Shown: positions 27,262-36,969 of the stretch, one piece after another | Layout: each line of letters starts with the position of its first letter | Numbering within the stretch: position 1 is the first letter of the stretch | Assembly: GCA_023898665.1 (NCBI GenBank) | Contig: CP060233.1 | Coordinates: forward strand, 18,801 to 82,800 | Length of the DNA: 64,000 nt | Reading direction: 5' to 3' | Origin: Candidatus Nomurabacteria bacterium | Lineage (GTDB): Bacteria; Patescibacteriota; Saccharimonadia; Saccharimonadales; HK-STAS-PATE-42 | Translations under genes and position numbers: made by a program | The notes under the pieces: generated by a model | The model's input: the letters and a program-made list of their open reading frames with translations, nothing else | Database searches by the model: none | Told to the model about the DNA's origin: nothing

Positions 27262-28854
27262 ATGCCGGTAAGAAAGATAGCTAAAAAAGCCAGTGGGAGG
27301 ATAAATGTTGGTCCTGCGGCTGCTCTCCTTGCGGCTAGTGCGTTACTTGGGAATCTGCTGGGGTTACTCAGAGAGAGATTGATTATTGCTAACTTTGGAT
27401 TTAGTATCCAAACTGATGCTTATCGAGCTGCATTTGCCTTGCCAGATTTTATGTATTTTGCCCTAATTGCTGGAGTGCTTAGTGTTAGCTTTATACCTGT
27501 TTTTAGCCAAAGATATCATGGAGGTAACAAAAAAAGTGCTTGGGAGGTTACAAGTAGCTTATTAAACTTAATTGGAATTGCTTCGGCTGTAATCGGAGTG
27601 TTTGTGCTAATTTTTGCCGGACCAATTTTAAGAAACTTAATTGCCCCAGGGCTTGATCCTGAAACTCAGTTCTTAGCTGTAAGTATGATGCGTATCTTTG
27701 CTATAAACCCTATTTTGTTTGGTATAAGTTCAGTCTTAACTTCTGTGCAGCAAGCTAAGGGGAGATTTTTGTTCTATGCAATAGCTCCAATAATGTATAG
27801 TATGGGTATTATTTTTGGAACATTAGTTCTCGCTCCAAGATTAGGGATCATGGGTGTAGCGTATGGTGTGGTTATTGGAGCGATATCTCAACTTGTAATA
27901 GTGGCATTAGGCTTAAGAGGACAAGGAGTTGTTTATAGCCCTAATATTTTCTGGAAGAATCGTGGTTTTAAAGATGTACTTAAAACTGCGCCAATAAGAA
28001 GCATTGATCAGGGAATTGACTATTTAATTACTCTTATCGAACTTAACCGAGCCTCAGTTTTAGCGGTAGGATCAATTGCAACTTACAGTGCGGCAATACA
28101 ACTATTTAATGTGCCGGTTGGGATTGTGGGGATGGCAATATCTACGGCTGCCTTCCCTAAAATGAGCGAAAGACTAGGTCAGGGTCGACCAGATCTTTTT
28201 AAGAAAGAGCTGCAACAAACTGTGAGAGTAATGTTCTGGTTAGCTGTGCCGGCAGCAATTTTAACATTCTTCTGTAGGGGATATTTAGCAAGAATTCTAG
28301 CAAGTAGAGGGGAGCCTGTTGTGGCGGCAGTGCTTGGAGTGTTGGCAATATTAGTTATCTTTAAAGTTTTATATCACATTTTAGCTCGTGCTTTTTACGC
28401 TCAACAAGACACTAGAACACCACTTAAGGTGTCTATATTAACCTTAATATTGAGCATTGTGTTGATCTTCTGGTTATCAAGTCAGGATAGATATGGCTTG
28501 GTTGGTCTAGCAATGGCTTCGGCAATATCTGGCACTATTGAAGTTGTTGCGATGTCTTTATTGCTTAACAAGAAACTTCATGGAGGATTTTTGAACAAAG
28601 GCTTGTTCGAACCGTTACCGAGAATTTTAGCAATTGGTGGAGCAACAGCTTTTACGACATATATCATGGTAAATCTTTTACCAGTTAGTGCCAATGATCA
28701 GGGATTTTTCCCGCTTATACCTAAGTTTTTAACAATATGTTTAGTTAGCGGGATATTCTATGTATCTCTTAGCTATATTGCAAAACTACAAGAAATCAAA
28801 CCTTTTGTAGATAAAGTAATTAAACTAGGTAAAAAACCAGTTATTGTCCAATAG
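27262..28854 (+). CDS. murJ: Lipid II flippase MurJ (MviN family)
   Basis: 530 aa with about 14 TM helices. N-terminal family pattern LGNLLGLLRERLIIANFG...YRAAFALPDFMYF. Confidence 0.88.
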   Translation: MPVRKIAKKASGRINVGPAAALLAASALLGNLLGLLRERLIIANFGFSIQTDAYRAAFALPDFMYFALIAGVLSVSFIPVFSQRYHGGNKKSAWEVTSSLLNLIGIASAVIGVFVLIFAGPILRNLIAPGLDPETQFLAVSMMRIFAINPILFGISSVLTSVQQAKGRFLFYAIAPIMYSMGIIFGTLVLAPRLGIMGVAYGVVIGAISQLVIVALGLRGQGVVYSPNIFWKNRGFKDVLKTAPIRSIDQGIDYLITLIELNRASVLAVGSIATYSAAIQLFNVPVGIVGMAISTAAFPKMSERLGQGRPDLFKKELQQTVRVMFWLAVPAAILTFFCRGYLARILASRGEPVVAAVLGVLAILVIFKVLYHILARAFYAQQDTRTPLKVSILTLILSIVLIFWLSSQDRYGLVGLAMASAISGTIEVVAMSLLLNKKLHGGFLNKGLFEPLPRILAIGGATAFTTYIMVNLLPVSANDQGFFPLIPKFLTICLVSGIFYVSLSYIAKLQEIKPFVDKVIKLGKKPVIVQ

Positions 28855-28866
28855 CTTTTTCTCCTC

Positions 28867-28875
28867 TGTTATAAT
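28867..28875 (+). promoter_or_regulatory. Extended -10 box TGtTATAAT, 9 nt from the lepA ATG
   Basis: ctcTGtTATAATtaaacttagATG. Confidence 0.45.
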
Positions 28876-28884
28876 TAAACTTAG

Positions 28885-30657
28885 ATGGAAATTAGAAACT
28901 TTTGTATTATTGCCCATATTGATCATGGAAAGAGCACTCTTGCCGATAGAATGCTGGAGATAACGGGCACTGTCCAAAAACGAGAGATGAAGGCTCAGCT
29001 TCTCGACAGAATGGATCTTGAGCGCGAAAAAGGGATTACCATTAAGCTGGCTCCTGTGCAGATGCAATGGAAGGATCACGAGTTAAACTTAATTGATACT
29101 CCTGGGCATGTTGACTTTACCTATGAAGTCAGCAGGAGTTTAGCAGCATGCGAAGGTGCAATATTAGTCGTTGATGCTACGCAAGGTATTCAAGCTCAAA
29201 CTCTAGCTAATTTATATTTAGCAATGGAGGCTGATTTAAAAATTGTACCAGTACTTAATAAAATTGATCTCCCTGCAGCTAATCCGGAAAGAGTTAGTGA
29301 GGAGGTTATTAGATTAATTGGATGCAAGAAAGAAGACATTTTATTAACCTCTGCCAAAACTGGAGAAGGGGTTGAAGAAGTTTTAGATGCTGTTGTACAT
29401 CGAGTCCCGGCACCAAAAGTTGAAGTAGACAGTAAGCTTAGAGCTCTTATTTTTGATAGCTATTATGATGACTACCGTGGAGTAGTTTTATATGTGCGAG
29501 TGTTTGATGGTGAACTTAATGCATCTTCTGAGATCAAAATGATGGCATCAGGAGCAAATGGGATTGCTCTAGAAGTGGGCTTCCTAAATCCCGTTTTTAA
29601 TAAAAAGAAGGTACTGACAACTGGAGAAATAGGATATATGGTAACCAACTTAAAAAGTACTAGTGAGGCGCGAGTTGGAGATACCATCACTCTCGTTAAA
29701 TCTCCTGCAACAGAAGTTTTGCCAGGCTATAAAGAAGTAACTCCTTTTGTGTATGCAGGTATTTTCCCGCCAAGCAATGAGTATTACCCTCAACTTAAAG
29801 AAGCTCTAGAGAGGTTAAGCTTAAGTGATGCTGCTTTAAAATTCTCACCGGAAAATAGCAAGGTTTTAGGGTTTGGTTTTAGGGTAGGATTCTTAGGCCT
29901 ACTACATTTAGAAATTATAAAAGAAAGAATTGAACGAGAATATGATTTAGACGTCATTATTACTAATCCTGGTACTGACTATAAGGTTTTATTGACTAAT
30001 GGCGAGATGATCGAAGTGCAGAGTGCCGCTGATTTACCAGAAGCTCAAAAGATTGAAGCTATTGAGGAGCCCTGGGTTAGGGCGGAGGCATTAACTCCCA
30101 AAAGCTATTTGGGTGGAGTTATAGATCTAATCTTAAAGATCAGAGGAATCCAAGGTAATATGGAGTTCGTCGACGAGAACCTAACTATTGTTCACTTTAG
30201 GGCCCCTCTTGCTACATTGCTAACAGATTTTTATGATCAGCTTAAAAGCGTAACCAGTGGATACGGGAGCTTAAATTATGAGCTTGATGGCTATCAAGTA
30301 GAGGATTTAGTTAAAGTAGATTTTTACGTTGCGGGTGAGAAGGTTGATGCACTAAGCTTAATCTCTCATAAATCAAGTGCAGCTAGCTTAGGAAGAGAAG
30401 TTGTAGCAAGACTAAAGGATATTATTCCACGCCAGATGTTTAAGGTTAGTTTACAGGCTGCTATTGGTGGTAAATTTATTGCTAGAGAAGATCTTTCAGC
30501 AATGAGAAAAAACGTAACAGGACATCTATATGGTGGTGACGTTAGTAGGAAGAAGAAGCTTTTGCAGAAACAAGCAAAAGGTAAAGAGAGAATGAAAAAG
30601 TTCGGTAAAGTTGAGATCCCTAATGATACTTTTGCGGTACTACTGAAAAAAGATTAG
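28885..30657 (+). CDS. lepA: Elongation factor 4 (LepA)
   Basis: 590 aa. GTPase motifs AHIDHGKST, DTPGH, NKID. LepA-specific C-terminal domain (SLQAAIGGKFIARE...GDVSRKKKLLQKQAKGKERMK). Confidence 0.97.
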   Translation: MEIRNFCIIAHIDHGKSTLADRMLEITGTVQKREMKAQLLDRMDLEREKGITIKLAPVQMQWKDHELNLIDTPGHVDFTYEVSRSLAACEGAILVVDATQGIQAQTLANLYLAMEADLKIVPVLNKIDLPAANPERVSEEVIRLIGCKKEDILLTSAKTGEGVEEVLDAVVHRVPAPKVEVDSKLRALIFDSYYDDYRGVVLYVRVFDGELNASSEIKMMASGANGIALEVGFLNPVFNKKKVLTTGEIGYMVTNLKSTSEARVGDTITLVKSPATEVLPGYKEVTPFVYAGIFPPSNEYYPQLKEALERLSLSDAALKFSPENSKVLGFGFRVGFLGLLHLEIIKERIEREYDLDVIITNPGTDYKVLLTNGEMIEVQSAADLPEAQKIEAIEEPWVRAEALTPKSYLGGVIDLILKIRGIQGNMEFVDENLTIVHFRAPLATLLTDFYDQLKSVTSGYGSLNYELDGYQVEDLVKVDFYVAGEKVDALSLISHKSSAASLGREVVARLKDIIPRQMFKVSLQAAIGGKFIAREDLSAMRKNVTGHLYGGDVSRKKKLLQKQAKGKERMKKFGKVEIPNDTFAVLLKKD

Positions 30658-30661
30658 GGAG

Positions 30662-31132
30662 TTATTTATTATAAGTTTCAATTTGGCTTTTAAGCTCGGC
30701 AATAACTTGTTCTCCATGACCTAGAGGAGTAACTCTGCCGTAAGTTCTTACTATTTTACCTTCTGGCGAGATTATAAAAGTCTTCCTGAGAATTCCAACT
30801 TTACCGAACATTTTAGGACCCCATGCTCCATAGGCTTCAATTGTTTTACCTGATGGATCAGAAAGGAGAGTAAAGTTTAGTTTATACTTAGCCTTAAATT
30901 TGAGATGTGAATCTTGGTCGTCTTTGCTTATTCCAACCACATTTGCACCTAGAGATATTAACTCATCATTTGCATCTCTTAGGGAGCATGCCTCAACGGT
31001 GCAGCCTGGAGTATCATCTTTTGGATAGAAATAGAGAATTAACCATTCGCCGGAGAAATCTTTAAGTGATCTTTGATTTCCATCTTGATCTTCAAGCTTA
31101 AAGTCTGGTGCTTTTTTTGATTCTTCACTCAT
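30662..31132 (-). CDS. bcp: Thiol peroxidase / peroxiredoxin, Bcp type
   Basis: 156 aa. FYPKDDTPGCTVEAC peroxidatic-Cys motif; thioredoxin-fold length. Confidence 0.9.
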   Translation of the reverse strand: MSEESKKAPDFKLEDQDGNQRSLKDFSGEWLILYFYPKDDTPGCTVEACSLRDANDELISLGANVVGISKDDQDSHLKFKAKYKLNFTLLSDPSGKTIEAYGAWGPKMFGKVGILRKTFIISPEGKIVRTYGRVTPLGHGEQVIAELKSQIETYNK

Positions 31133-31141
31133 TTACTTAAT

Positions 31142-31150
31142 ACTATAGCA
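31142..31150 (-). promoter_or_regulatory. Extended -10 box TGcTATAGT, 9 nt from the bcp ATG
   Basis: The minus strand reads aaTGcTATAGTattaagtaaATG. Confidence 0.45.
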
Positions 31151-31189
31151 TTAATGCAAATTAAACAGCTCCGAAGAAGTTATTTTTTA

Positions 31190-31198
31190 TGTTAAACT
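31190..31198 (+). promoter_or_regulatory. Extended -10-like box TGtTAAACT, 10 nt from the ATG of 31209..31817
   Basis: taTGtTAAACTtaagggtagtATG. Confidence 0.35.
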
Positions 31199-31208
31199 TA
31201 AGGGTAGT

Positions 31209-31817
31209 ATGACTGAAGTTAGCACAGATACACAATCCAAAAAGCTTCCATTTAATCTAACTCAGAATGAATTTGTTATTAGAGAATTTCCGAGAAGTAA
31301 GCTTCCGTATTTATTAATTACGACTATTACAGCTATTAGTGCCGGCTTCTTCTTTTTATCTTATATTGATATGGTAACGGGTGGTAATGGCTGGATAAGA
31401 AGAACGACCGGAATTAGTGTTGAGACGGCCAAAGAAGTATCCCCTATCCTTGCAGTATTAAGTTTTACTATGTTGCTTTCTGGAGCAATTGCTGCATATA
31501 TCTATTCGGCAAATAGAATGTTTTTAACAAATGAGCATATTGTCAGAATTAAACAAGATGGGCTAGTAGCTACCGACAAGAAAGTAATCAGCCATTTAAA
31601 TATTGAAGATATTAAAGCAAGGCAAAACTTTATTGGATCAATTTTTGGATACGGACTATTAGTAATGAGTACAGAGGGTCAGAATGCGACATATGAGATT
31701 AACTTTATTAAACAGCCATTCGAGCAAGTAACTATGGCGACTGACGTTAGGGATGAATATCAGCAGTCAGTAGTTGATAGTGGTGGTAGAGCAATTCCGT
31801 TAGCAGAGAAAAGGTAG
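31209..31817 (+). CDS. Membrane protein with a bacterial PH (bPH_2/YdbT-like) domain
   Basis: 202 aa. Two TM helices followed by FLTNEHIVRIKQDGLVATDKKVISHLNIEDIKARQNFIGSIFGYGLLVMSTEG, the typical bPH pattern. Confidence 0.55.
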   Translation: MTEVSTDTQSKKLPFNLTQNEFVIREFPRSKLPYLLITTITAISAGFFFLSYIDMVTGGNGWIRRTTGISVETAKEVSPILAVLSFTMLLSGAIAAYIYSANRMFLTNEHIVRIKQDGLVATDKKVISHLNIEDIKARQNFIGSIFGYGLLVMSTEGQNATYEINFIKQPFEQVTMATDVRDEYQQSVVDSGGRAIPLAEKR

Positions 31818-31824
31818 ACAAAAA

Positions 31825-32415
31825 GTGTTAGTAATTAGCGAATCAATTGCTGGAAGAAGAGTAATGAGCATCCATGCCGGAGCTCCAATTGCTAGTATTA
31901 ATGAGGCGATTATTGATCCATCAAACTTAAAGATATCTGCTTTTTCTGTGTACTCTCAAAATTTACAATTCTTCTCTGTAGTGCATAGTTCTGACATTAG
32001 AGAATGGAGTAACTTAGGGCTTGTTATTAATTCAGAGGATGACGTAATGGAAGTTGACGACAACATGCCAAAAATAAAGAAGCTAGTTGAATCAAAATTC
32101 AAACTCGACGGAATTAATGTTCGGACTTCTTCTGGTAAAAGAATAGGTAAAGTAAAAAACTATGTTTTTGAAACTGACGGATATTTTATAGTCAAACTAT
32201 ATGTAGAAAAGACTGTAATTCTTAGTCTGTTTAGTCAGCCCTTAATTATTGGGCGAGATGCTGTTATTAACGTAACTGATAAATACATTGTTATTTCTGA
32301 TGAATCTGCGAAAGTTAGGGTTAAAAGAAATAAGGAAGCTGTCGATTATGGCTTTAGCGCTCAAAGTTCAGAAGCTGCTAATGATATAGCTTCTGACCAG
32401 GTTGGGAAGACTTGA
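31825..32415 (+). CDS. PRC-barrel-like domain protein (GTG start)
   Basis: 196 aa. Two segments of the type G..V....G..IG.V....ID......I (IAGRRVMSIHAGAPIASINEAIIDPSNLKI; SGKRIGKVKNYVFETDGYFI). The 3' end overlaps the convergent gene by 55 nt. Confidence 0.5.
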   Translation: MLVISESIAGRRVMSIHAGAPIASINEAIIDPSNLKISAFSVYSQNLQFFSVVHSSDIREWSNLGLVINSEDDVMEVDDNMPKIKKLVESKFKLDGINVRTSSGKRIGKVKNYVFETDGYFIVKLYVEKTVILSLFSQPLIIGRDAVINVTDKYIVISDESAKVRVKRNKEAVDYGFSAQSSEAANDIASDQVGKT

Positions 32416-33767
32416 GTAAGATCAGCCAGTTGATGAGCTGTAGCTTTTAATCTTACCGCTAGAGCTAACGAAGAAATTTGCTCTGACGAGCTTGGGCCGA
32501 CTAGGCAAGCACCTAAGATTATCTTAGAACTTGGATCTGCCCAAAGCTTAACAAAACCGTCTAAATCATCTTCTAATTTAGAGCGAGTGACTTCAGAAAG
32601 TTTTACATACGACGATATGAATTTAATACCCCTCTTTTTTAAAGACACAGTTGATTCTCCGACTTTGGCTACTTCTGGGAAAGTAAAAATACAACTTGGA
32701 GTCACGGCATGATCAACGCTAGCTAAATTTTTCTTTACTGGTCTTAAGATATTAAATGCTGCAATACTTGCTTGCTGAATGGCGGTCGAAGTAAGTCTAT
32801 ACGGTCCTGTAGTATCACCGATTGCATAGATATGGCTTTGCTCTGTTTGACAATGAGAATTAGTCTTAATGAGTCCGCTTTCGCAGTGTATGCCTGCATT
32901 ACCAAGACCGTCTCCCCCATCACGCATTTTCTTACCGGCTGCAACCATAATAGAATCTGTTTTTAACTCTATTTGACCGTCTTTGGGGCAAATTAACTCA
33001 ACTTCTTTTAGATTACCAGTTGAGCTAGGATGAGCAGCGACTACTCTTGCCCGTAGATATACTTTTACACCTATCTTTTCGAAGTTTTTTTGTAATGCTT
33101 CTGAGGCTTCTGGTTCTTGATCAGAAACTAATCTTTCGGCACACTCGACAATATTAACCTTAGCTCCAGTTGCACTTAGTACTTGAGCATACTCGCATCC
33201 TACTGCTCCACCTCCGATTATTGTTACAGAACGAGGTGCTTTTTCTTTTATCTTGGTTAAAAAGTTTTTGTAAGTTAAATAATCAAGGCCATCGAGGCCA
33301 GGGATATTTGGTATTGCTACCTCTCCACCAGTAGCTATTATAAAGTTATGGGCACTGTACTTTTCTCCGCCAACATCGATATATCTGTTGTCTAGAAAAT
33401 ATGCTCGTCCTTCTAATACTGTTATGCCAAGCTTCTTAAACTCAGCCCCAAGTTCATTGGCACCGGTTTTGGAGATATTATTTTCTGCAAGTGAGACTAG
33501 TTTATTTATTCTCAACTTTAATAGCCCAGCATTTGTAATAGCCTTTTGGTTTTTAACTGAACGAAAAAGATGGGCTGCTGCAAGCATTGACTTTGTAGGT
33601 ACGCACCCATAGTTTAAGCATTCTCCACCCAGTCTTTCTGCCTCAACAATAGCGACTCGCTGACCCCCATGAGCTAAAAGCTCAGCGGCCGTTGAGCCAG
33701 CTGGGCCTGATCCGATAATAATTGTATCAAAATTATATTCTGCTGCACTTACTTGTTTCTTTGCCAC
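32361..33767 (-). CDS. Class I pyridine nucleotide-disulfide oxidoreductase (dihydrolipoamide dehydrogenase-like), GTG start
   Basis: 468 aa. FAD GxGxxG (IIIGSGPAGSTAA), redox-active disulfide GGECLNYGCVPTKSM, NAD(P) Rossmann IIGGGAVGCEYA. The C-terminal dimerisation motif reads FPTWSE where HPTxxE is expected. Confidence 0.85.
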   Translation of the reverse strand: MAKKQVSAAEYNFDTIIIGSGPAGSTAAELLAHGGQRVAIVEAERLGGECLNYGCVPTKSMLAAAHLFRSVKNQKAITNAGLLKLRINKLVSLAENNISKTGANELGAEFKKLGITVLEGRAYFLDNRYIDVGGEKYSAHNFIIATGGEVAIPNIPGLDGLDYLTYKNFLTKIKEKAPRSVTIIGGGAVGCEYAQVLSATGAKVNIVECAERLVSDQEPEASEALQKNFEKIGVKVYLRARVVAAHPSSTGNLKEVELICPKDGQIELKTDSIMVAAGKKMRDGGDGLGNAGIHCESGLIKTNSHCQTEQSHIYAIGDTTGPYRLTSTAIQQASIAAFNILRPVKKNLASVDHAVTPSCIFTFPEVAKVGESTVSLKKRGIKFISSYVKLSEVTRSKLEDDLDGFVKLWADPSSKIILGACLVGPSSSEQISSLALAVRLKATAHQLADLTQVFPTWSEAISLAASEL

Positions 33768-33830
33768 CCTAAAGAATCGTTAGCCCCTGTTTAATAGTCT
33801 ATGTACTTGCTTAAAATTATAGCATAAGCA

Positions 33831-33858
33831 AAATACCTTGCTAGATGGCAAGGTATTT
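33831..33858. terminator. Bidirectional-looking hairpin terminator downstream of 33879..34103
   Basis: AAATACCTTGC-tagatg-GCAAGGTATTT forms a perfect 11-bp stem with A/T runs on both sides. The Lpd-like gene's TGcTATAAT box (minus strand, 33816..33824) follows it. Confidence 0.55.
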
Positions 33859-33878
33859 TATCTAAGCTTAAGTTAAAC

Positions 33879-34103
33879 TTAAGCTTTCTTTAGGTAAACG
33901 AAACCGTTACGTGCAGACTCTTCTACTTTGTAACCTGCTGGTACCTCTGGTACTACTTTTTCGCCTTCTCCTAGAGAACGATCAGCTTCTTTTGAGAAGA
34001 AGTAGATGCTTCTTGGAGCTTTTGCGCCACGTAATTGAACGCCTTCTTTTGTGTAAAGGTAGTAAGTTACTCCTTTTGAGTTTGTGTAGCTAAATGTTGC
34101 CAT
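33879..34103 (-). CDS. Small conserved hypothetical protein
   Basis: 74 aa, MATFSYTNSKGVTYYLYTKE...YFFSKE...VPAGYKVEESARNGFVYLKK. It has its own terminator and an SD-like aggga upstream. It resembles a widespread small-protein pattern of unknown function. Confidence 0.6.
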   Translation of the reverse strand: MATFSYTNSKGVTYYLYTKEGVQLRGAKAPRSIYFFSKEADRSLGEGEKVVPEVPAGYKVEESARNGFVYLKKA

Positions 34104-34324
34104 AAACTTTAAAATCCCTAACTGTTAAATTAACTTCAGTAATTTTGAGCTTATACCAGCTCAAGGGATGAGTCAACACTTGACTTGCACTTAACTTAAC
34201 AACACCCCTGTTAATGCTTATGCTAACAGCTAAGCTTTATGTGGATTAAAATACGAGAGTGGTAATTTTAGTGTATAATCCGATTCTAGATAGTAATTAA
34301 GTTATAAGATATTAATTTAAAAGT

Positions 34325-34960
34325 ATGTTTAAAATCCCCCTTTTACCTTATGAGCTTGATGGTTTAGAGCCATATATTTCTGAAAAAACTCTTAGTTATC
34401 ATTATGGCAAACACCACAAAGCTTATATCGATAATTTAAATAGTTTACTAGAGCAGGAAGATAACTCAAGAAAGTATGCCGGGAAGAGTATTGAAGAAAT
34501 AATTGCTGACTCAGATGGAAAAGTGTTTAATAATGCAGCTCAATCTTTTAACCATACTTTTTACTGGTATTGCATGAAGCCAGTAGCTGAAGGCGAGTCA
34601 GAACAAAACCAACCAAGTGAATCACTTAAACAGGTCTTTGAAGATAACTTCGGTGGAGTTGAGGAGTTTAAGAATAAGTTTACAGAAGTAGCTAAAACTC
34701 ATTTTGGCAGTGGATGGGCTTGGCTACTAAAAAAGGAGGACGGATCAATAGAAATTGCTGGGATGCATGATGCAGATACACCACTTATGAATGGTGACAC
34801 CCCCCTTTTAGCTTTAGATGTTTGGGAACATGCTTACTATCTTGATTATCAGAATAAAAGACCAGACTATATCGAAGCTTTCTGGAAGGTAGTAAACTGG
34901 GATTTTGTTGAAGAAAGAATGAACGGCGAAAGATCTGAGTCATTTATGGAGCAAGGGTGA
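34325..34960 (+). CDS. sodB: Superoxide dismutase, Fe type
   Basis: 211 aa. YHYGKHHKAYIDNLN, FNNAAQSFNHTFYW (Fe-type AAQxxNH) and DVWEHAYYLDYQNKRPDYIEAFW. Confidence 0.95.
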   Translation: MFKIPLLPYELDGLEPYISEKTLSYHYGKHHKAYIDNLNSLLEQEDNSRKYAGKSIEEIIADSDGKVFNNAAQSFNHTFYWYCMKPVAEGESEQNQPSESLKQVFEDNFGGVEEFKNKFTEVAKTHFGSGWAWLLKKEDGSIEIAGMHDADTPLMNGDTPLLALDVWEHAYYLDYQNKRPDYIEAFWKVVNWDFVEERMNGERSESFMEQG

Positions 34961-34966
34961 AAAATA

Positions 34967-36139
34967 ATGATAGAAGAAAAAGAAATTATCCAACAGTCTT
35001 CGACAATGAATATTAATATTCGTCCCTATGTGGTGGTTCGAACCGTATTTCTGGTAATAGGAACTCTAATGTTCGTAAATGCCATAGGCAAAATGACTAC
35101 ACCAATTACTTTAATACTCACTTCCCTGTTTTTAGCTATAGCACTTAATCCTCCGGTAAGTAGACTCTCCAAAATTATGCCCAAAGGCAGTAGAGCATTA
35201 AGCGTAGCAGTGGCTTACTTACTAGTTGTTGGATTGCTAGGGACTTTATTATTTACGATAGTCCCACCAGTTAGTAGGCAAATTGGTAATTTTGCGAACC
35301 AGGCACCAACGCTCTTAAATGACGCCAAGGATAACACTACCCGTACTGGAAAGTTTATCGAGAGATTTAATTTGCAAGGAGAAGTTGATAAGATTGGTGA
35401 CACAGTGCAAGATAAGCTTGGTGATGCTGGTCAATTTGCATTTAATAGTGCCCAAACTGCCTTCGGTGCACTTTTGAATGTTATCACTGTACTAGTTTTG
35501 ACTTTCTTAATGCTAGTTGATGGTCCAATAATGGTTAGAAGACTTTTTGAGAAGTATAAAGACGAAGAACTAAAAGAACGGCATGAGGATCTACTTAAAA
35601 AAATGTACAGAGTCATAACTGGCTACTTTAACGGTCAAGTATTAGTGAGTAGCATAAACGCAAGCTTAGCTCTTATTGCAATGCTGTTGGTTGGCAGAAT
35701 ATTTGGCGTTGCAATACCATATCCTCTGGTTCTTACCGTCCTTGTTTGGTTGTGTGGACTAATTCCATTAATTGGGGCTGCACTAGGTGCAGCAATAGTA
35801 GTATCAGTAACAGCATTTGCCAGCTGGAAAGTTGCACTAGTTCTAGCCATATATTTCTTCATCTATCAACAAACGGAAAATGCGACTATTCAACCCAAGA
35901 TTCAGGGTAAAGCTGTTAGTATGAGTCCATTAATTGTACTTATTGTAGTAATGCTGGGGGCATCACTGGGAGGATTCTTTGCAGCTTTTGTAGCCCTGCC
36001 AGTTGCTGGATGTTTGCAGCTTCTATTTAATGATTTTATAAGTGGCGGTAATCTAGGCAAAGGTAAGCGCTCTACACCAAACAATTGGTTATCGCGTACA
36101 ATTTCTATAAGAACAACAACTCTAAAAGAGAAGAAGTAA
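34967..36139 (+). CDS. AI-2E family (PerM-like) transporter
   Basis: 390 aa with about 8 TM helices. Family-typical layout, with a long loop after TM3 and the block GLIPLIGAALGAAIV. Confidence 0.8.
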   Translation: MIEEKEIIQQSSTMNINIRPYVVVRTVFLVIGTLMFVNAIGKMTTPITLILTSLFLAIALNPPVSRLSKIMPKGSRALSVAVAYLLVVGLLGTLLFTIVPPVSRQIGNFANQAPTLLNDAKDNTTRTGKFIERFNLQGEVDKIGDTVQDKLGDAGQFAFNSAQTAFGALLNVITVLVLTFLMLVDGPIMVRRLFEKYKDEELKERHEDLLKKMYRVITGYFNGQVLVSSINASLALIAMLLVGRIFGVAIPYPLVLTVLVWLCGLIPLIGAALGAAIVVSVTAFASWKVALVLAIYFFIYQQTENATIQPKIQGKAVSMSPLIVLIVVMLGASLGGFFAAFVALPVAGCLQLLFNDFISGGNLGKGKRSTPNNWLSRTISIRTTTLKEKK

Positions 36140-36142
36140 AGT

Positions 36143-36967
36143 GTGTTGAATGTTGAGATAAAGTACATTAAAAGTACAGATAATCCTCTCATTAAAGAAG
36201 TAGTGAAGCTACAGCTAAAAAAACGCGTGCGGGACGAATCCAAACTATTTGTAATTGAAGGCTTTAGAGAAAGCTCGAGAGCGTTTGATGCTGGGGTGAA
36301 AATTAAGAAACTTTTATTTTCACCTGAGTGGTTTTTAAAAGATTCTAACGACAATCTAATTGAGCAAATAGGTAACTCTGGGGCAGAGATAATTGAGGTT
36401 GCTAAAAATACTTTTAAAAAACTAAGCTATCGAGATAGGCCGGATGGTTTTATTGCTCTTGCTGAGCAACCAGAATTAAGTTTAAGCAAATTAGAAGTTA
36501 AAAAAGACTCCGTATTTCTGGTTGTTGAACAAATCGAAAAACCGGGAAATCTTGGGACATTACTGAGAGGTTGTGACGCGGCTGGAATAGAAGGAATGAT
36601 TGTTTGCGACCCCGTAACTGATGTTTTTAACCCGAATGTGGTAAGAGCATCTACCGGGGCTCTCTTCTCTACTCCGGTTGCAGTCTGTGCTGACTCGCAA
36701 GAGGCTTTAAATTGGCTTAAAGAAAAAAGGGTTAGAGTATTTAGTACTACTCCTCACACCGAGAATATTTACTGGGATAGTAACTTTAAGACTGGAGGTC
36801 CAATTGCTATTGTTGCCGGAGCTGAACAATATGGCTTAACTGATCTCTGGCTAAAAAATAGTGATGAACTTATTAAGTTACCAATGGAAGGCTCAGCCGA
36901 CTCTCTAAATATTGCCGTGAGTAGCATTGTTTGTTTATACGAAGTGTTGAGACAAAGAAATAGCTAG
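36143..36967 (+). CDS. SpoU/TrmH-family RNA 2'-O-methyltransferase (GTG start)
   Basis: 274 aa. Motifs VVEQIEKPGNLGTLLRGCDAAG, IVAGAEQYGL and PMEGSADSLNIAVSSIVCLYE. Confidence 0.85.
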   Translation: MLNVEIKYIKSTDNPLIKEVVKLQLKKRVRDESKLFVIEGFRESSRAFDAGVKIKKLLFSPEWFLKDSNDNLIEQIGNSGAEIIEVAKNTFKKLSYRDRPDGFIALAEQPELSLSKLEVKKDSVFLVVEQIEKPGNLGTLLRGCDAAGIEGMIVCDPVTDVFNPNVVRASTGALFSTPVAVCADSQEALNWLKEKRVRVFSTTPHTENIYWDSNFKTGGPIAIVAGAEQYGLTDLWLKNSDELIKLPMEGSADSLNIAVSSIVCLYEVLRQRNS

Positions 36968-36969
36968 GC

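Noticed and set aside
35902-36354. 150-aa minus-strand ORF spanning the AI-2E transporter / TrmH junction
   Set aside because: It is entirely antisense to two well-supported plus-strand genes. It has no domain, and its composition mirrors the complementary TM-helix codons.
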